A DNA stretch of 64,000 nucleotides from Iphione sp. A-MEVVRFRX5 (GCA_976226885.1 OZ320317.1:51522001-51586000); one strand, 5' to 3'. Positions 1-12,785 are shown, counted from the stretch's first letter. Translations and numbers: made by a program. Notes: a model not told the origin generated them from the letters alone.

Positions 1-36
1 GACATCGAGGGGCGTTATCTTGAGAGAAAAACTCAC

Positions 37-612
37 TGTTGCAGAGCGCGCCGGCCACACCCGAAACTATGCGGGAAAGCTGGTCAAAGTCCTCGACATT
101 GAAGATGTTCTGCGAGAAGGGCTCGCTGGCCAAACTGTGCAAGTTGAGATAGTTGCGGCCCGAGTTGAGCCCACTGCCAATGGTCACAAGCACGACGTGG
201 ATGCCGTCAATCTTGGCGTTGATAGCCTCGGGAATCATCCGCTCCCGCTCGATGTTGGGCACACCGTCGGTGACGATGATGACGTAGTTGGGGACGTCTC
301 GGCGGTCGCCGGCGTTGTTGAATATCTGGTTTCGGGCCAGGTCAATGGCGCGTGCCGTATTGGTCTTACCGCCGACGTAGCCCTCGTCCATGCTGTCGAG
401 CGCGAAGAGGATGTCCTCATGACGGCTGCCCGACCGGAAGGGCACCTGGATCCGCGCTTCATCGTTAAAGTAAGCTACTGACACCCGGTAACGTTCAGGA
501 TCTAGCTGGAGAATCAGCGACTTTACGAAGCCGATCACGTAACGGTAGTTCTCCCGCTGGATGGAGCCACTCGAGTCGATGAGGAACGCTACGTCACCAT
601 TGTTGGAGCAGA
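37..612 (-). CDS. Exon 14: complete vWA domain 5 (576 nt, phase 1-1); missed by the ORF track because it has no in-frame start
   Basis: ccttacag|TC TGC TCC AAC...; translates CSNNGDVAFLIDSSGSIQRENYRYVIGFVKSL...GGKTNTARAIDLARNQIF...GDRRDVPNYVIIVTDGVPN...VAGALCN A|gtgagt; intact MIDAS (DSSGS, T, TDG). Confidence 0.95.
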
Positions 613-765
613 CTGTAAGGAGGTTGAGAATAGTACCAAAGTTTAACTGTTGAAATATAATCAATTCATGGTAGAATATAGTACACGTTTACCTAATTGA
701 AACCACCGTTTATTTAGCTTCGATAGACGACGGGTCTTTTTGATCAAAGACGTTGTCTACATTTA

Positions 766-999
<234 letters not shown>

Positions 1000-1170
1000 T
1001 TAGTCTGTTTCGGGTAGAAGATACAAATATCTCTTGTTATAAGGTACGATCATAATCTTTCGGGTGCCACAGCGTCTAGGAACAGAGCACAACATGATGG
1101 GCTGACTCCTGTAAATCTATTTTTTCGCATATGTGAATATGAAATCATTCTCAAGGTACTCAAGTCTTAC

Positions 1171-1728
1171 CGTTGCAGGACTCCCGGATGAGAGGGTTCA
1201 GGATACCGGTGAGCGCGTTGAAGTCCCTCACATGGTAAACGTTCTGCTCGTCCGGATCGCTTGCAATGCCATTCAGCTCCCGCAGGCCTACGCTCGGCCC
1301 CACTCCTACGGCCACCAGGTGGATGCCCGCCTTGCGCGCCGCCACTGCCTCAGCCAGAGTCGCGTCGCGGTCGTTGGACTTGCCGTCGGTGAGAATGATA
1401 CCGATGTTGACGGCGTCGGGTCGATCCCCACCGGATGGCGTGAATATCACGTTGCGCATGAGTCGCAGTGCTTCGGCTGTGTTTGTCGTTCCACCCGCGT
1501 ACCGGAAGTTCATGGCGTTCAGGACGGCCGCCGTTGTGTTGAAGCGGTTGAGAGGGAAGCGAACGTCTGCGCCCGTAGCGAAGAGGAGGATGCTGATCCT
1601 AGTGCCGTCCTCGATATTAAGGCCGTGGACGAGGTCGCGCACGAAGTCCTGCATTACGAAGAAGTTGGGTTTCTCTATGCTGCCCGACGCGTCCATTGCA
1701 ATGGCGATGTCAGCTATGTTGGGACAAA
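1171..1728 (-). CDS. Exon 12: complete vWA domain 4 (558 nt, phase 1-1)
   Basis: gggacag|TT TGT CCC...TGC AAC G|gtaag; CPNIADIAIAMDASGSIEKPNF...GGTTNTAEALRLMR...GGDRPDAVNIGIILTDGKSND...LIRESCN; intact MIDAS. Confidence 0.95.
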
Positions 1729-2068
1729 CTGTCCCATGAGCAAAAACAAAAATATTTTGCAGCTTCAGTGGGCATAAAATGTGGACAATTACAAGAACAC
1801 GTACTTCTCACATCGCACACCTACCACAGCTAGCTATTTTTATGAGCATATTAAAGGAGTACGTTATTACACTGTATAAACTACAAAATGGCAGAGGAGC
1901 GTGGCTGAATGAAAAAAAAATGTTTAAATTGCTTGCTGTTCATAAATGAGCTCGTCCTATTCAATGAAAATCATGAGGTTACGTGGCTAGCCATTTCTTT
2001 GATGGGTGCAACTGGAAACCGTTTGTATTATTATGACGTTAATGATGCAGCGAGAAGAAGTGGCGCAC

Positions 2069-2182
2069 CTTGATCACAATCCTTGCCCGTGAGACCCCTG
2101 GAGCAGGAACAGGTGTACATGTTGATGCCGTCGGTGCATCGGCCACCATTCTTACAAGGGTTGCTCATACAGTTGTCGTCGA
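2069..2182 (-). CDS. Exon 11: EGF-like domain 1 (114 nt, phase 1-1)
   Basis: ttcag|TC GAC GAC AAC TGT...GAT CAA G|gtgcgc; DDNCMSNPCKNGGRCTDGINMYTCSCSRGLTGKDCDQ. Confidence 0.93.
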
Positions 2183-2282
2183 CTGAATCAGGCGCAATCA
2201 GACAGACGCACACATCAATGTGATTTCGGTATTGTAGTCATGAAAATGAAATAATATACATCCTATCTGCTACCTATATTTG

Positions 2283-2457
2283 CATTGCAAACCTCGTTAT
2301 CCAGAGACCCTCTGTTTCCTAATATTTTGTCTGGTTAATGATAAATCCGGATAACTTAAACATCAAATAACAGAAAAATCAACATGTGTTTCCTTAAATG
2401 TTGTGTGGATAACTGTGAAATCCGGTTATTGAGTCTCCGGATAACGAGGTTTGACTG
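2283..2457. mobile_element. MITE (~175 bp) in intron 10, pogo/Tc1-mariner-like terminal repeats
   Basis: Inverted repeats caaacctcgttatccagagac (2288-2308) and gtctccggataacgaggtttg (2433-2453), 20/21 identical; the right end continues as ...gactg; outermost bases and TSD are decayed. Confidence 0.6.
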
Positions 2458-2642
2458 ATCACACCCTCGTATTACTGACTTTTAAGATGGATTTTAAGAT
2501 ATATTCTTGTTGTAACACGTGGTATTGTCTCGTAACCATATTTAATCCATTGTTTTACAGCAATGTGCTAAAGTCCCAGGCTAAAAGGTCATGTGAAACG
2601 AAAGTCTACGTGCACATATAAATGAAAATAGACGATGCCCAC

Positions 2643-2823
2643 CATTGCACGTGGAGGTGACAAGCAGATCTATAGCCTGGAACAGAGAGTTGTAATCGAG
2701 GACGTAGAAGACGTTCCTAGGCTTCGGGTAGCTAGCCATTCCTTCGAGCTCCGACTCAACCACCCATTGACCTACGCCGAGGGTGAGGATGGTCACCCCT
2801 TGTTCCCTGGTGAGGCGTGCCTC
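2643..2823 (-). CDS. Exon 10: C-terminal third of vWA domain 3 (181 nt, phase 0-1)
   Basis: ttaacag|GAG GCA CGC...TGC AAT G|gtgggc; EARLTREQGVTILTLGVGQWVVESELEGMASYPKPRNVFYVLDYNSLFQAIDLLVTSTCN. Confidence 0.92.
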
Positions 2824-3354
2824 CTGTTAAATATAGTGGTTTACTGTTGATAAGTTATATTTCGATGTCTGGTGAAGGGTGTAAAGGCTTTCTGAACTAT
2901 CATGGTGGTGCAATCAGTAGTTTACAAGTAGTCTTGCCATTATGAAAAGTGGGAAATTCTTTTTGAATTTCAATTTTAGGTAAATTAAACATAGCTAAAG
3001 ATATCTGACTATTTTTCCAACACTGACTTGAAATTTACGTTCAGTATTAAGCATATTATAAGTGCAAAAATATATGAATATCTTTCGATGAAAGATTTTT
3101 GACAGTGAGTGCTATCACATGTTGTCCTTTCCATTTGTATTACATTTATACATGTATCCACCATTGCTGTTGATGCAGTTTTCATTTTAGTCTTGAGGTC
3201 AAATCCTACCGGTAAAGAAATGCTTTACCAATAATTCAATGCCTTGTGAAAACAAAGTGTGAGAACTCGACAAAGAAGCAGTACAGATCCATGGTTAACA
3301 GGGAAATAACAATCACGGGGGCCAGACATACGGCAAACAGCTATCAAAGCCTAC

Positions 3355-3505
3355 CTCAATGACCGACTCTCCATCATTGGACTCGCCGTCCGTAACGACC
3401 AGGAGGACATCGGGCACCCCTGGTCGATTTCCCTCCTGTACAGAGAAGCTCCGTTCACGGATAAAGCGGAGAGCAGACCCCGTGTAGGTTCGACCGTGAG
3501 TGTAC
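3355..3505 (-). CDS. Exon 9: middle of vWA domain 3 (151 nt, phase 2-0); absent from the ORF track
   Basis: catag|G TAC ACT CAC GGT...ATT GAG|gtaggc; YTHGRTYTGSALRFIRERSFSVQEGNRPGVPDVLLVVTDGESNDGESVIE. Confidence 0.92.
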
Positions 3506-3850
3506 CTATGTATTAAAGAGGGCTGGTTATTGAAGTATTAATAACGGATAGTACATCAATTTTTTTCAATGTCCATATCGACTCAAGGATGAACTGACCT
3601 AGGTTCTAAAAACAAAAAGTACTGTGATGATGGTTCCTGTAATAATTATATTCAAGTAAACCGAAAGCTGATGGAAGTCTCTTTGATAACTTGGAAAATC
3701 TTTAAATATCTTTACAAAAAATATAAACGTATCCAATCCATGGGGAGATCGGCTCGTAAAAAAGTTCAGTAACTGTAAATTGTTGTGCGTTTGTCATGAG
3801 ATGAGTTACATTTCCACCCACCACCTTTATAATAACCAAGGTGCACTCAC

Positions 3851-4082
3851 TCAACGTTAAGGATGGCCCTGGAAATGGCCTGGATGGTGTTGTATTGTCC
3901 AAGGCGTATCTCAGTTCGTGGGACATCGGCGAAAGTGACCAGCCCAACTCGAGCCCCGCCACTGTCGATATCGAGTCGTGAGGCCAGCTCCCGAACAAAA
4001 TTGAGCACTCGCTCGAAGTCATCCTGATTTATGGAACCGGACGCGTCGATCAGGAACACCAAGTCCACCTGACTTTTGCACT
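3851..4082 (-). CDS. Exon 8: N-terminal part of vWA domain 3 (232 nt, phase 1-2)
   Basis: ccttag|AG TGC AAA...AAC GTT GA|gtgagt; CKSQVDLVFLIDASGSINQDDFERVLNFVRELASRLDIDSGGARVGLVTFAD... Confidence 0.93.
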
Positions 4083-5062
4083 CTAAGGATTGAATATAAG
4101 CAGGGATGTAGTCGACAAGTATGAAACACATTAGAGAGAATCAACACAACATATGAGAAAATGATGTTATCTAAACGGCAGAACATCGAAATGACACGCA
4201 TGTAGTCTTGCATTCTTGAATACATTGTCTTCAGTACAATGCACATTACCATATTACTGTCTCGTTGCTTTCTAACCTAGGTAGGAGGTGCCCAGGTAGA
4301 GCTGAATTTCCTATGGTGCATATTTCCACGGCCATATTTATATAATTTGCGGGTGGAGGACTATGGATTAAACCAAGCCTGTTTCCTTTCACCATGTTTA
4401 CACAGCTATGTTTCCATGACCATGGGGCTGTGTTTCCATTTTTCATGGCTGTGTATGCGTGTATTGCAAAGCAGTATAGAAAAAGTGAGATGGAAATTGC
4501 CTCGTTAACTATGTTTTGTGTAAACGAACAAGATATTTCCTCACACTTCCTCGTTTTTCCTTACTTCTTTTTATCAGATTTGCAATTTTCCGGCCCAATT
4601 TCTATGAACTTTGCTGGTTTTTGTCAAGAATTTCATGAAATTTGCCATTTTCTGGCTGAATTTCTATGTATTTTGCAATGTTGTGACTGGATTTTAATGA
4701 AATCTGCCATTTTCCCCTGTTTTCAGCCATATTTCCATGAATTTTGCCCGTAGTTGACTGAATTTTTTTCATTTCATTGTATCTTTTACCAGGAATATAT
4801 TCACCTATCATATGACAGGGATCTTCCATATCCTCCTGGGGTAGCATACTACCATCTATTGTTGAGAATTGAGAGACCAGAATACCCGGGGTTGCCCCCT
4901 ACTCTTATTTCAAATAGGCTTCTGGGGTCTTTATGTGCATGGGGGACAGAATCCTATACACCCACGGATTTGGGATCATTCGGATTCTGAAAAGTGGCCT
5001 CAGGCCACTGTCAATTTCACTCAGTTAGGGGGGGGGGCCCAGGCCCTACCTGAACACTTTTC

Positions 5063-5222
5063 ATACCTAGAAAAATTAAATAAATCATATCATGAATGTG
5101 ATCTATTCTAAACCTGAAATAATGAAGAGAAAACCCTCAGAAACTTATTATTGACTATTGATACCTAGAAAAATCAAATAAATCATATCATGAATGTGAT
5201 CTTATCGAAACCTGAAATAATG
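5063..5222. repeat. Direct duplication of a 62-bp unit (5063-5124 and 5161-5222, period 98)
   Basis: Both copies read atacctagaaaaat(t/c)aaataaatcatatcatgaatgtgatc...aaacctgaaataatg. Confidence 0.8.
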
Positions 5223-5495
5223 TCTCCTCTCTGGAGGAGCATTCAGTTTTTTAGTACAATTTCAATGAATTTTGATGAAATACCATTGTTCGGATTCAGA
5301 AATTGTCTATTTTGGATATATGAGTGTCTAAATAGAGAAATACGTTTGGTTCCCCAAAATATAGTTCAGATTTGGGAGAATTCGGATTTTGAGTGTTCGG
5401 TTTTGGAATACCCTCTGTACTCCAATATGAAAATATGTCAGCATATGTTGAAAAACACATCTGTAGAAACACACACCATGAAAACAAACCTCTAA

Positions 5496-6091
5496 GGCCA
5501 GGTTTCCATGTGTGTGGAGGTTTGACCGATTTTCCAGACAAACATGGACAGACACAAACACCTTGCTTCCATGTGTATGGGTGTAGCTGTATGGGTGGAG
5601 ATGGACAGAGATCGGTGGAGATGAGCAGCGATGGGTCCCCTCCTGCTTCCTTCGATGAGTACAGTGTAGGAATGTGTGTGTGTGTGTGTGTGTGTGCTGA
5701 TTGCAAGGAATTCAAACTAAATCTGTGTAAAATGGCATGTTTTTTGTGCTGATTACAAGGAATTCTGACCACATCTGTTAAAATGGTGTGGTTTTTGTAC
5801 TGATCACAAGGAATACAAATTTTGGTAAATTGCATGCTTTTATGCAAATGATATGCAAATTTGATAATATTTTCCATGCTCTAATGTTTTCTCTTCTTTC
5901 AATTGTCATTTCCCCATCCTACTGGTCTGTGTGGGCCCATAGTCCAGAAAAAAATGAGCATTGCCTGTTTTCCATCCACTGACCCATCCAGATCCTGGAC
6001 TCTAGACTCTGCACATGTATGCATGGAAAGGATATAGTACTCGGTCCAAACCCCCAAATCCGCACTGGCAGATGCACATGGAAACCGGGAC
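5496..6091. mobile_element. PIF/Harbinger-like MITE (~596 bp) with TAA target-site duplication
   Basis: taa|GGCCAGGTTTCCATGTG ... CACATGGAAACCGGGAC|taa; TIRs 15/17 identical; 3-bp TAA duplication typical of PIF/Harbinger; contains (TG)12. Confidence 0.7.
5673..5696. repeat. (TG)12 microsatellite
   Basis: Direct reading. Confidence 0.95.
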
Positions 6092-6536
6092 TAAGGGAAT
6101 TCAGTCTAAAGTGTCCACCTGTACTATTGTTTTTCTACCTTCCTTCTTACTTGCCCCAGCTGCTCTCCCTAACACACTCCCTTTGTCTAACCTCGCCTGC
6201 CCCCCATCTGTCTTCCGGCCTCCCTCTCTTCTTCTCTCATACCCCTGCCCTAGCTTTATAGTTTTTCAAAATTTGTTTTTCCTAGTCCTACTTTCGTCGA
6301 CCCCTCCGTCTTTTCCACTATCTGTCTCCTTTCCCACATCTCTCGTTCTCTTGGATCGTTTATTTTCTGCCTATAAACTGCCTGCCTCTGTTTTGAATAA
6401 AGGGTCATGCACATAAAATCCTATTTAAGATGTGCACGTAAAACAATCGATTGGATTCTTATTGAAAACTCGGCATTTCTAATGGAGACGTCAGAATCAC
6501 AGGCTGCTGAGTTTCACTAGTTCAGTCGTCACTCAC

Positions 6537-6762
6537 CAGGCGGCGCCTCGCGGCAGGTGCGGCGGACGAGCGCCGACTCGATGTTGCGCAGGGTGTCGAA
6601 GTGACTCACGTGGAAGACGTGCTCGCTGTCCGGGTCGGAGCCAATGGACTCCATTTCTTCGCGGAAAGCCCGCCGGTTCCTGACGTTCTCACCGATACCA
6701 ATGGCGAAGACGCGCACACCCTCATCATGTAGCTTCCTCGCCTCTAGTGGTGTTAGCTCCGG
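6537..6762 (-). CDS. Exon 7: C-terminal part of vWA domain 2 (226 nt, phase 0-1)
   Basis: ccgttcag|CCG GAG CTA...CCG CCT G|gtgagt; PELTPLEARKLHDEGVRVFAIGIG...GSDPDSEHVFHVSHFDTL...RTCREAPP. Confidence 0.93.
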
Positions 6763-7152
6763 CTGAACGGAAGTAAGCAATGCGTAGAAACTACCTTTCT
6801 CGTTGAAACATCCTGTATGCTTTCTATTCAGTCGAAAATTAGTGGGTGTGCAACTGCTTTTGGTCTATTTACAAAAGAGTATTCCGCATCACTGGTTGGT
6901 CCGTTTTCAAGCTCAAAATGGAAAACTGTTGAACGACCACAGTTCGTCCCTTTAAAAATTTGGGACGTGTTTTGCTGAACAAAGAAGTGCTTTCCTAAAT
7001 GGCATGTGCATACCCGTAGGGAGGACTTAGCTTAAAAATTCACAAGTGGTAGGTCCCTACTCCGAAATCCTAACTATTTGCATCGGTATATCTCTAGTGA
7101 CACCTACTTTTCTTAGCAAGAATTGGGTTCTTTTGAGAAATTCCCTCCTTAC

Positions 7153-7333
7153 TTCTGTAGTGGAGGCGCCGTCGCTGATGACGATGACGATATCGCGGAC
7201 GCTCAGCCGGTCACCGCGTCGCTGGTCGTAGACCTGCTGGCGCACTGTACGGAGCGCCCCGGACGTGTTCGTGCCGCCCTCGGAGAAGGGCAGACTTCCG
7301 ATGGCGTCGATCAGAGCCCGCTTGCTCTGAAAC
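7153..7333 (-). CDS. Exon 6: middle of vWA domain 2 (181 nt, phase 2-0)
   Basis: tttgccag|G TTT CAG AGC...ACA GAA|gtaagg; FQSKRALIDAIGSLPFSEGGTNTSGALRTVRQQVYDQRRGDRLSVRDIVIVISDGASTTE. Confidence 0.93.
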
Positions 7334-10300
7334 CTGGCAAATTGAGGGGGAGAGAGCGATGTCAGCTTCATCCCAATAAACATGGAATGACCTTGGTTTC
7401 CCTCCACGACCGGGACAAATCACCCCATCCTGATCTTTAAACGCCAGTGATAAAATATTCTGTGAGGGGTCCTCTCTCTAAAAGCATAGCCCAGTTGAGC
7501 AAAAATAAATGACTGGATACAGTGAAACAGATAATAGGTATGGTACTCAAGCAGAGGAGCGTAAGGTATGATTGTGGTATGTTATACTAAAGAGGGGTAT
7601 TAATTTGGCATTGGTTTTTCCTGGTTTTGTCTTTACATATCTCTTTCTATACTTACCTGTTGGTGACTTTCATCTCCTAACATTCCCACACATAGCAACT
7701 TCTCACCTATCTGTCCTCGAAGGCGCAATATTGTCCCCATATTATGTGGCGTATATAGAGAATTAACTGATTTTATTTAATGCCGAGGGATGCTATTCGG
7801 TAAGAATGTTAGCAAGAGAGACATAAGGCCCACGACAAAAATCTGTCTTCTGGGTTGCAAATGAAGTATAGGTAGTTAATGTTTAATGATAATGATTGTG
7901 GAGAAAAAAAATAAAAGGCAAATGTGAGGTGTGACTTATTAATTCTGTGATTAAAACCGCATGACACCTGTATCATCAAGTACAGAGCCCTATGTGCATG
8001 AACCACCCTCTAGCCACACTGCATACATACGAGACAAGAGGATACACAAATATTTTCACGAGTGCGACTTAAATGTAATTTAGTTTTGGAATTTCCATCT
8101 CAAATTCTCTATGCATCACAAAAGGATAACTTTTTAACATTGCAGAATATCAAAATCAACAAACGTAATTCTTTTCCGACTTCTACAGTTGAAAATGTTC
8201 TATTTCACAGTCTAATGTAATCAACACAAGGAGTATACGAGAGATAAAACAGTTCTAAATTTTTCTTTAAGCAACTAGCTTTCCTTTACGAGGCTTGTAG
8301 CAAAAGGGAGGAGCTTAAAATCAATGCCAAGTTTGGAAAAGAAAGAAATCGCACACAAATGATAATTCTGAGGTGAAAGATGAAAGATGAGAGAGTGGTA
8401 AATGTCACTTCCAAATGGGGTTTAACATTTCCTGTAAATGACCGTAATACTGAGACCGAGTCTTCCAAAAGAGGACAGATGAAAAAAATCACAATAAAGA
8501 TTTATGGTAGAATATAGGAAAGGAACTGTAACTCAATATTCCAGGCAGAAGGTCGTAACAAGAAGGTTTAGGGAGCAGAGACATCACAAAGGTATATTAA
8601 GTAGCACATAAATGGCATTGCTTAGACTGTACATTTATATGTATCAAGCTTTGCCACGGGTTGGTATTAAGACAATTGTGAACCTTTTGTATGACGACTC
8701 TTATGTTATGTGACCAATCAACACAGAACACGAGAAAAGCTTGACACCACAGTATACAAAGCAGTGGGAATTGTAACTGTGACCAAAAGCTTATACTTAC
8801 TCGTTCATTTCAGGGTTAAAGTACCTTCATCAGACAAGCAGTCTTGGTTAGAAAGTTGACTTATATAACATGTATGTCATCTTACCAAGCACGTAGGTAA
8901 ATGAATGTCTTTATGTGCACCTGTTCTTTGGGTAGGTCATGCTTGTACGTACATGTATATCGAGCGCCTGAGACTGAGTTATATCTTTATACTTATTTAT
9001 AAATGAAGTAGCTGTTTAAGTATTAAGGAAGAATTGATTAGATAATTAACAGTAAGATCAAACCTTCTGTAATTGAAACATGAAATAATATTCTTTGTTT
9101 CTTCAATTTTAAATAATTTGTCTCGTTTACTTCTTAAAGGCTAGACATCGGTTTCTAAATGCTGAACTACATGTATACTACATACTACTTGTTAAATAAG
9201 TAAATTATGTTTAGCTGTTTACTCATGCTTAACCATTAATACTTAGGATATATATTAGTTAATAATTACACGAGTTACTTCACTAAAGATAGCATTAGTC
9301 AATTTTCTTGAATATCCTTTAAATCTTCTATAGAATAATCATATTGAGGTATTATCACTTCATGTATTCTCAGCTACAACGAGGTGACTATCATTATTTC
9401 TTAAGTAGAATATCTTTGTAAATGGTCGCGTGGCGATTCTATTATTTGTTTTCTAGCATATGAGGATGGCAAGAGGTATTATCTGCTGCAACAATACATA
9501 TTAACTACTGTACATGCCTTGAATTTGAAAACAATTAGGAGCTATAATTAAGATACGTGTAAATATCTTCAAGTTGCCATGGTTTTGGTCAAATATGCCC
9601 TGCACTGAGTAAGGCTTACATACATGCAAAGAGGAGGTTCTTACACCGCTAAAAATACCTAAAACGGAAGGGAAACCTACAAATATCTTCGGACATGTCT
9701 TTCTCCTTATCGATGTAGATGGGACATGCTTCCTGCGGAGGCTCCCATTGCCACTAGAAATTCACTTCTTTAGTTCTTCTAGTTTGATCAGTACGCCGAA
9801 TTCCGAATGATATTAAACACACGCATTTTTTGTTGAAGAATTTGTTCGGTCTCAAACGTCGTTAACTTGGAGACAGAAGTAGGGATTATACGTCCCCCTG
9901 CAGTATCTTTTGCAGTAAGGTCACCTAGCGACCAATAATGGGATTTAAAACATACACTGTCTGAATCAGTTCGTTTGGTATTTGGGATCGTAAATCATTC
10001 GAGCCGGCGCGTTAATGAGCGTAACTTATTCAATTTGCTGGACGAACCACAGTTCAAACCGTGCAGTGTATACTCATTGCGGAAAAATAGCATTAGCAGA
10101 GAGCAGGAGTTTCTTCTTTGTAGTTTATACACTAATACATCCTGTTGGTGACACCAATGGCTCCGTCCACTCAGTCGACCAATCCCAATTGCAAACGTCA
10201 TCGGATAAGCAATCAGTGACGAGGGATTTCATCAGAAGGCATCAATGCCCGTTCACAAAAATGCTGCATATCACGTTTGTGAGCAAGTTAGAAATGCGTT

Positions 10301-10705
10301 CTTAAATTGTAGGCCATTCACAAAATTGACGGTTCGAGGTACTCTTCATTCTACATGGACAATTACGTGCAGTTGCGAGGTACTGTATGTATATTAGAAA
10401 TATCATATTAGGCTAAATTTCCGTGTACCTGTGTTTGTGGTCTGTACTTTTTGCCTTGACATTATGGATCCATAGGCGCATACATTGGAAAATTTCCCAA
10501 CATGTAAACGTATATAGGTGCGTACTTTGAACTTAAAAATACAGGCTCAAATGCAGGTACATGTACACGGAAATGAATGCTTCTACGCCGTGTCCATCAT
10601 TGCATGTTTTTCCATGTAAATGAAGCGGGTAAGGGAAGGTCAGTCTATCCTCTCAAGTTATATACCAGATGACAATGTCTGCTCGTCAAGGGGGGCAACA
10701 CTTAC

Positions 10706-10892
10706 CTATTCAGGTAGAAGTCCACACTTGCATTGTAGCTGTATACGACGGTGGCGACCCGCACACCATCCCAGGCGATGTACATCTCGTTGATGATCTT
10801 GCTACAGAAGGCCAACATCATCCTCCAGTTTCTGAGCCCCACCGATCCAGAGGAGTCGAGCACAAAGGTGATGTCGGCAACACCGGCACAAG
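10706..10892 (-). CDS. Exon 5: N-terminal part of vWA domain 2 (187 nt, phase 1-2)
   Basis: ttttacag|CT TGT GCC...AAT AG|gtaag; CAGVADITFVLDSSGSVGLRNWRMMLAFCSKIINEMYIAWDGVRVATVVYS...FYLNR. Confidence 0.93.
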
Positions 10893-11206
10893 CTGTAAAA
10901 GTCAGGCTGCTGTCAACGATGGAAGCGTTCTCATTCAAAAAGTCACGACACGGCCGTGACGGGGCCTCTAACCAAGAACCACGGAGATCGAAACGGGGCA
11001 ATCTAGTCACCGCAATCAAACTTATATTTGGGGGATTGTACGGGCGCAACGCATGATTTAGAAAGGGATCTGTTCGTACAATCTCATTGTTAACGGTAGT
11101 TTTTTTTCTCATCTTAAGCAGTAGATGTATATGAATGTATAATATTTTCACGTATAGCCTAGCTATTGCTGTTACCACCTAGCAATGGCTTCACCAGCTT
11201 ACTCAC

Positions 11207-11481
11207 CAGGAATGTCTCTGCAGAGATTCGTCTGAATAACCTCTTTACGTTGAGACAGGTCTCTCGACTGAGGCACCCGCCAACCGTACTCGTCGGCGGG
11301 CTCGGTGACTATCCCCGCCAGGAAGTTGCCGATCTCCGAAGTACTGCGTCGATTGCCATAGAGGGCGGTGAAGATGACGATCCCCGACGACCGCAGCTGG
11401 TGCGCCTGCGTGAACACCTGGTCGCCACCTGTCGAGACGCTCTCCGACGATAAGATGAAGAGGAGATTTGGTACGGACGTC
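11207..11481 (-). CDS. Exon 4: C-terminal half of vWA domain 1 (275 nt, phase 2-1)
   Basis: ccaccag|G ACG TCC GTA CCA...ATT CCT G|gtgagt; TSVPNLLFILSSESVSTGGDQVFTQAHQLRSSGIVIFTALYG...IVTEPADEYGWRV...NLCRDIP. Confidence 0.88.
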
Positions 11482-12785
11482 CTGGTGGCGAAAAGGGGGT
11501 GGGGCGGGGGGTGGACAATGTCGATAACATTTATGTCTTTGGTGTGGATAACATAGTTTCAAAAACAAAGAAATGGCATGTAATATTCTACGTGAAAGAC
11601 ATGTGCATATAGTATCAGGAAAAATAGTTTATTTTCAGTGTCATATTCTGTGCAAAGATCCAGGCACCAATTTAGATTTTTAAAGACTAGATTGCGTTAA
11701 AATAGGAATAAAACGCGTCTTGCCTAGGCCTAATAGTGTGTGTCCAGTTAATGCGTATACAAACCACCAAAGAATTTAAACCATGTCCAAATATTTCTTG
11801 AGGCACCTCAGGAAGAATTATAGATCTGCTTGAATATGTATAGAGAAACAAAAGGATATATAAGGCAACCCTCGCACGGCATGCCGCGGTTGACAATTAT
11901 TGTATTTATGACTGGTGCCGTATGAAATATCAGTCAGGGACACGCACCACGGTTTTCCCACATGGGTAGAGTGTTTTTGTTTCGATGACATGTTCCTTGG
12001 CAAAGACGTATCTTGATCTTTTTTATATTTCCACCATGGTTGCCATCTTCAGCGTGATGCCTTTTTCTCCTTACAGCAGATCAAGTGATGGTGTCGCTAG
12101 TTACTACAGATATTTTATTACTACTTCATTACTATTTTATTACTACTTACAACTTTATTACTACCTTACATGTGCCTGTACTACATTCTACAATCACATG
12201 AAAAAACATTAGGTTTAATATCCAGTAAATACTGTATAGGACCTAAAGCGGAAGATCAGTTCTCAAGAGAGACCTGAGCAGGTTTTTCTCTGGGTAACTG
12301 TCCGCTTTATTCTCTCCTCCCATCGCGAATGCAAAGGCAAAAGGGCCCAGAGATTCTTGTGGCAGGGTGCCTGGGATGGCCAGTTCAAGCATGTATGGGC
12401 AGCCACCAAAGACAAGCTGGAGCAGTCATAAAGTATCGAATATCTCTAGGTATTGGACATGTGCGACACCCTGGCAACCTTCCTCAGCATCGTTCCTCCA
12501 TGCTTGTCTTTATTTGACCTTTCCCAACCCCAAATGATCACTTAAAGAGAAATAGCTCAATGCTGCAAACATTTAGAAACCATATACATGTATCTGTGTA
12601 TGTACATTGTACTTTCATGATCTAAAAGTTTTCTTTTCTTTCTAATATCATTACGAACAAATCTAAATCGCTGTAACTCTGTAGTGTAGCTGGAAATAAT
12701 ATACGTGCACAATGTATATGTGGCTATATCTATGTCGCAAACATGCAATGGACGAGTAGGATTATTAAGGTTCTATTCATCTTAC

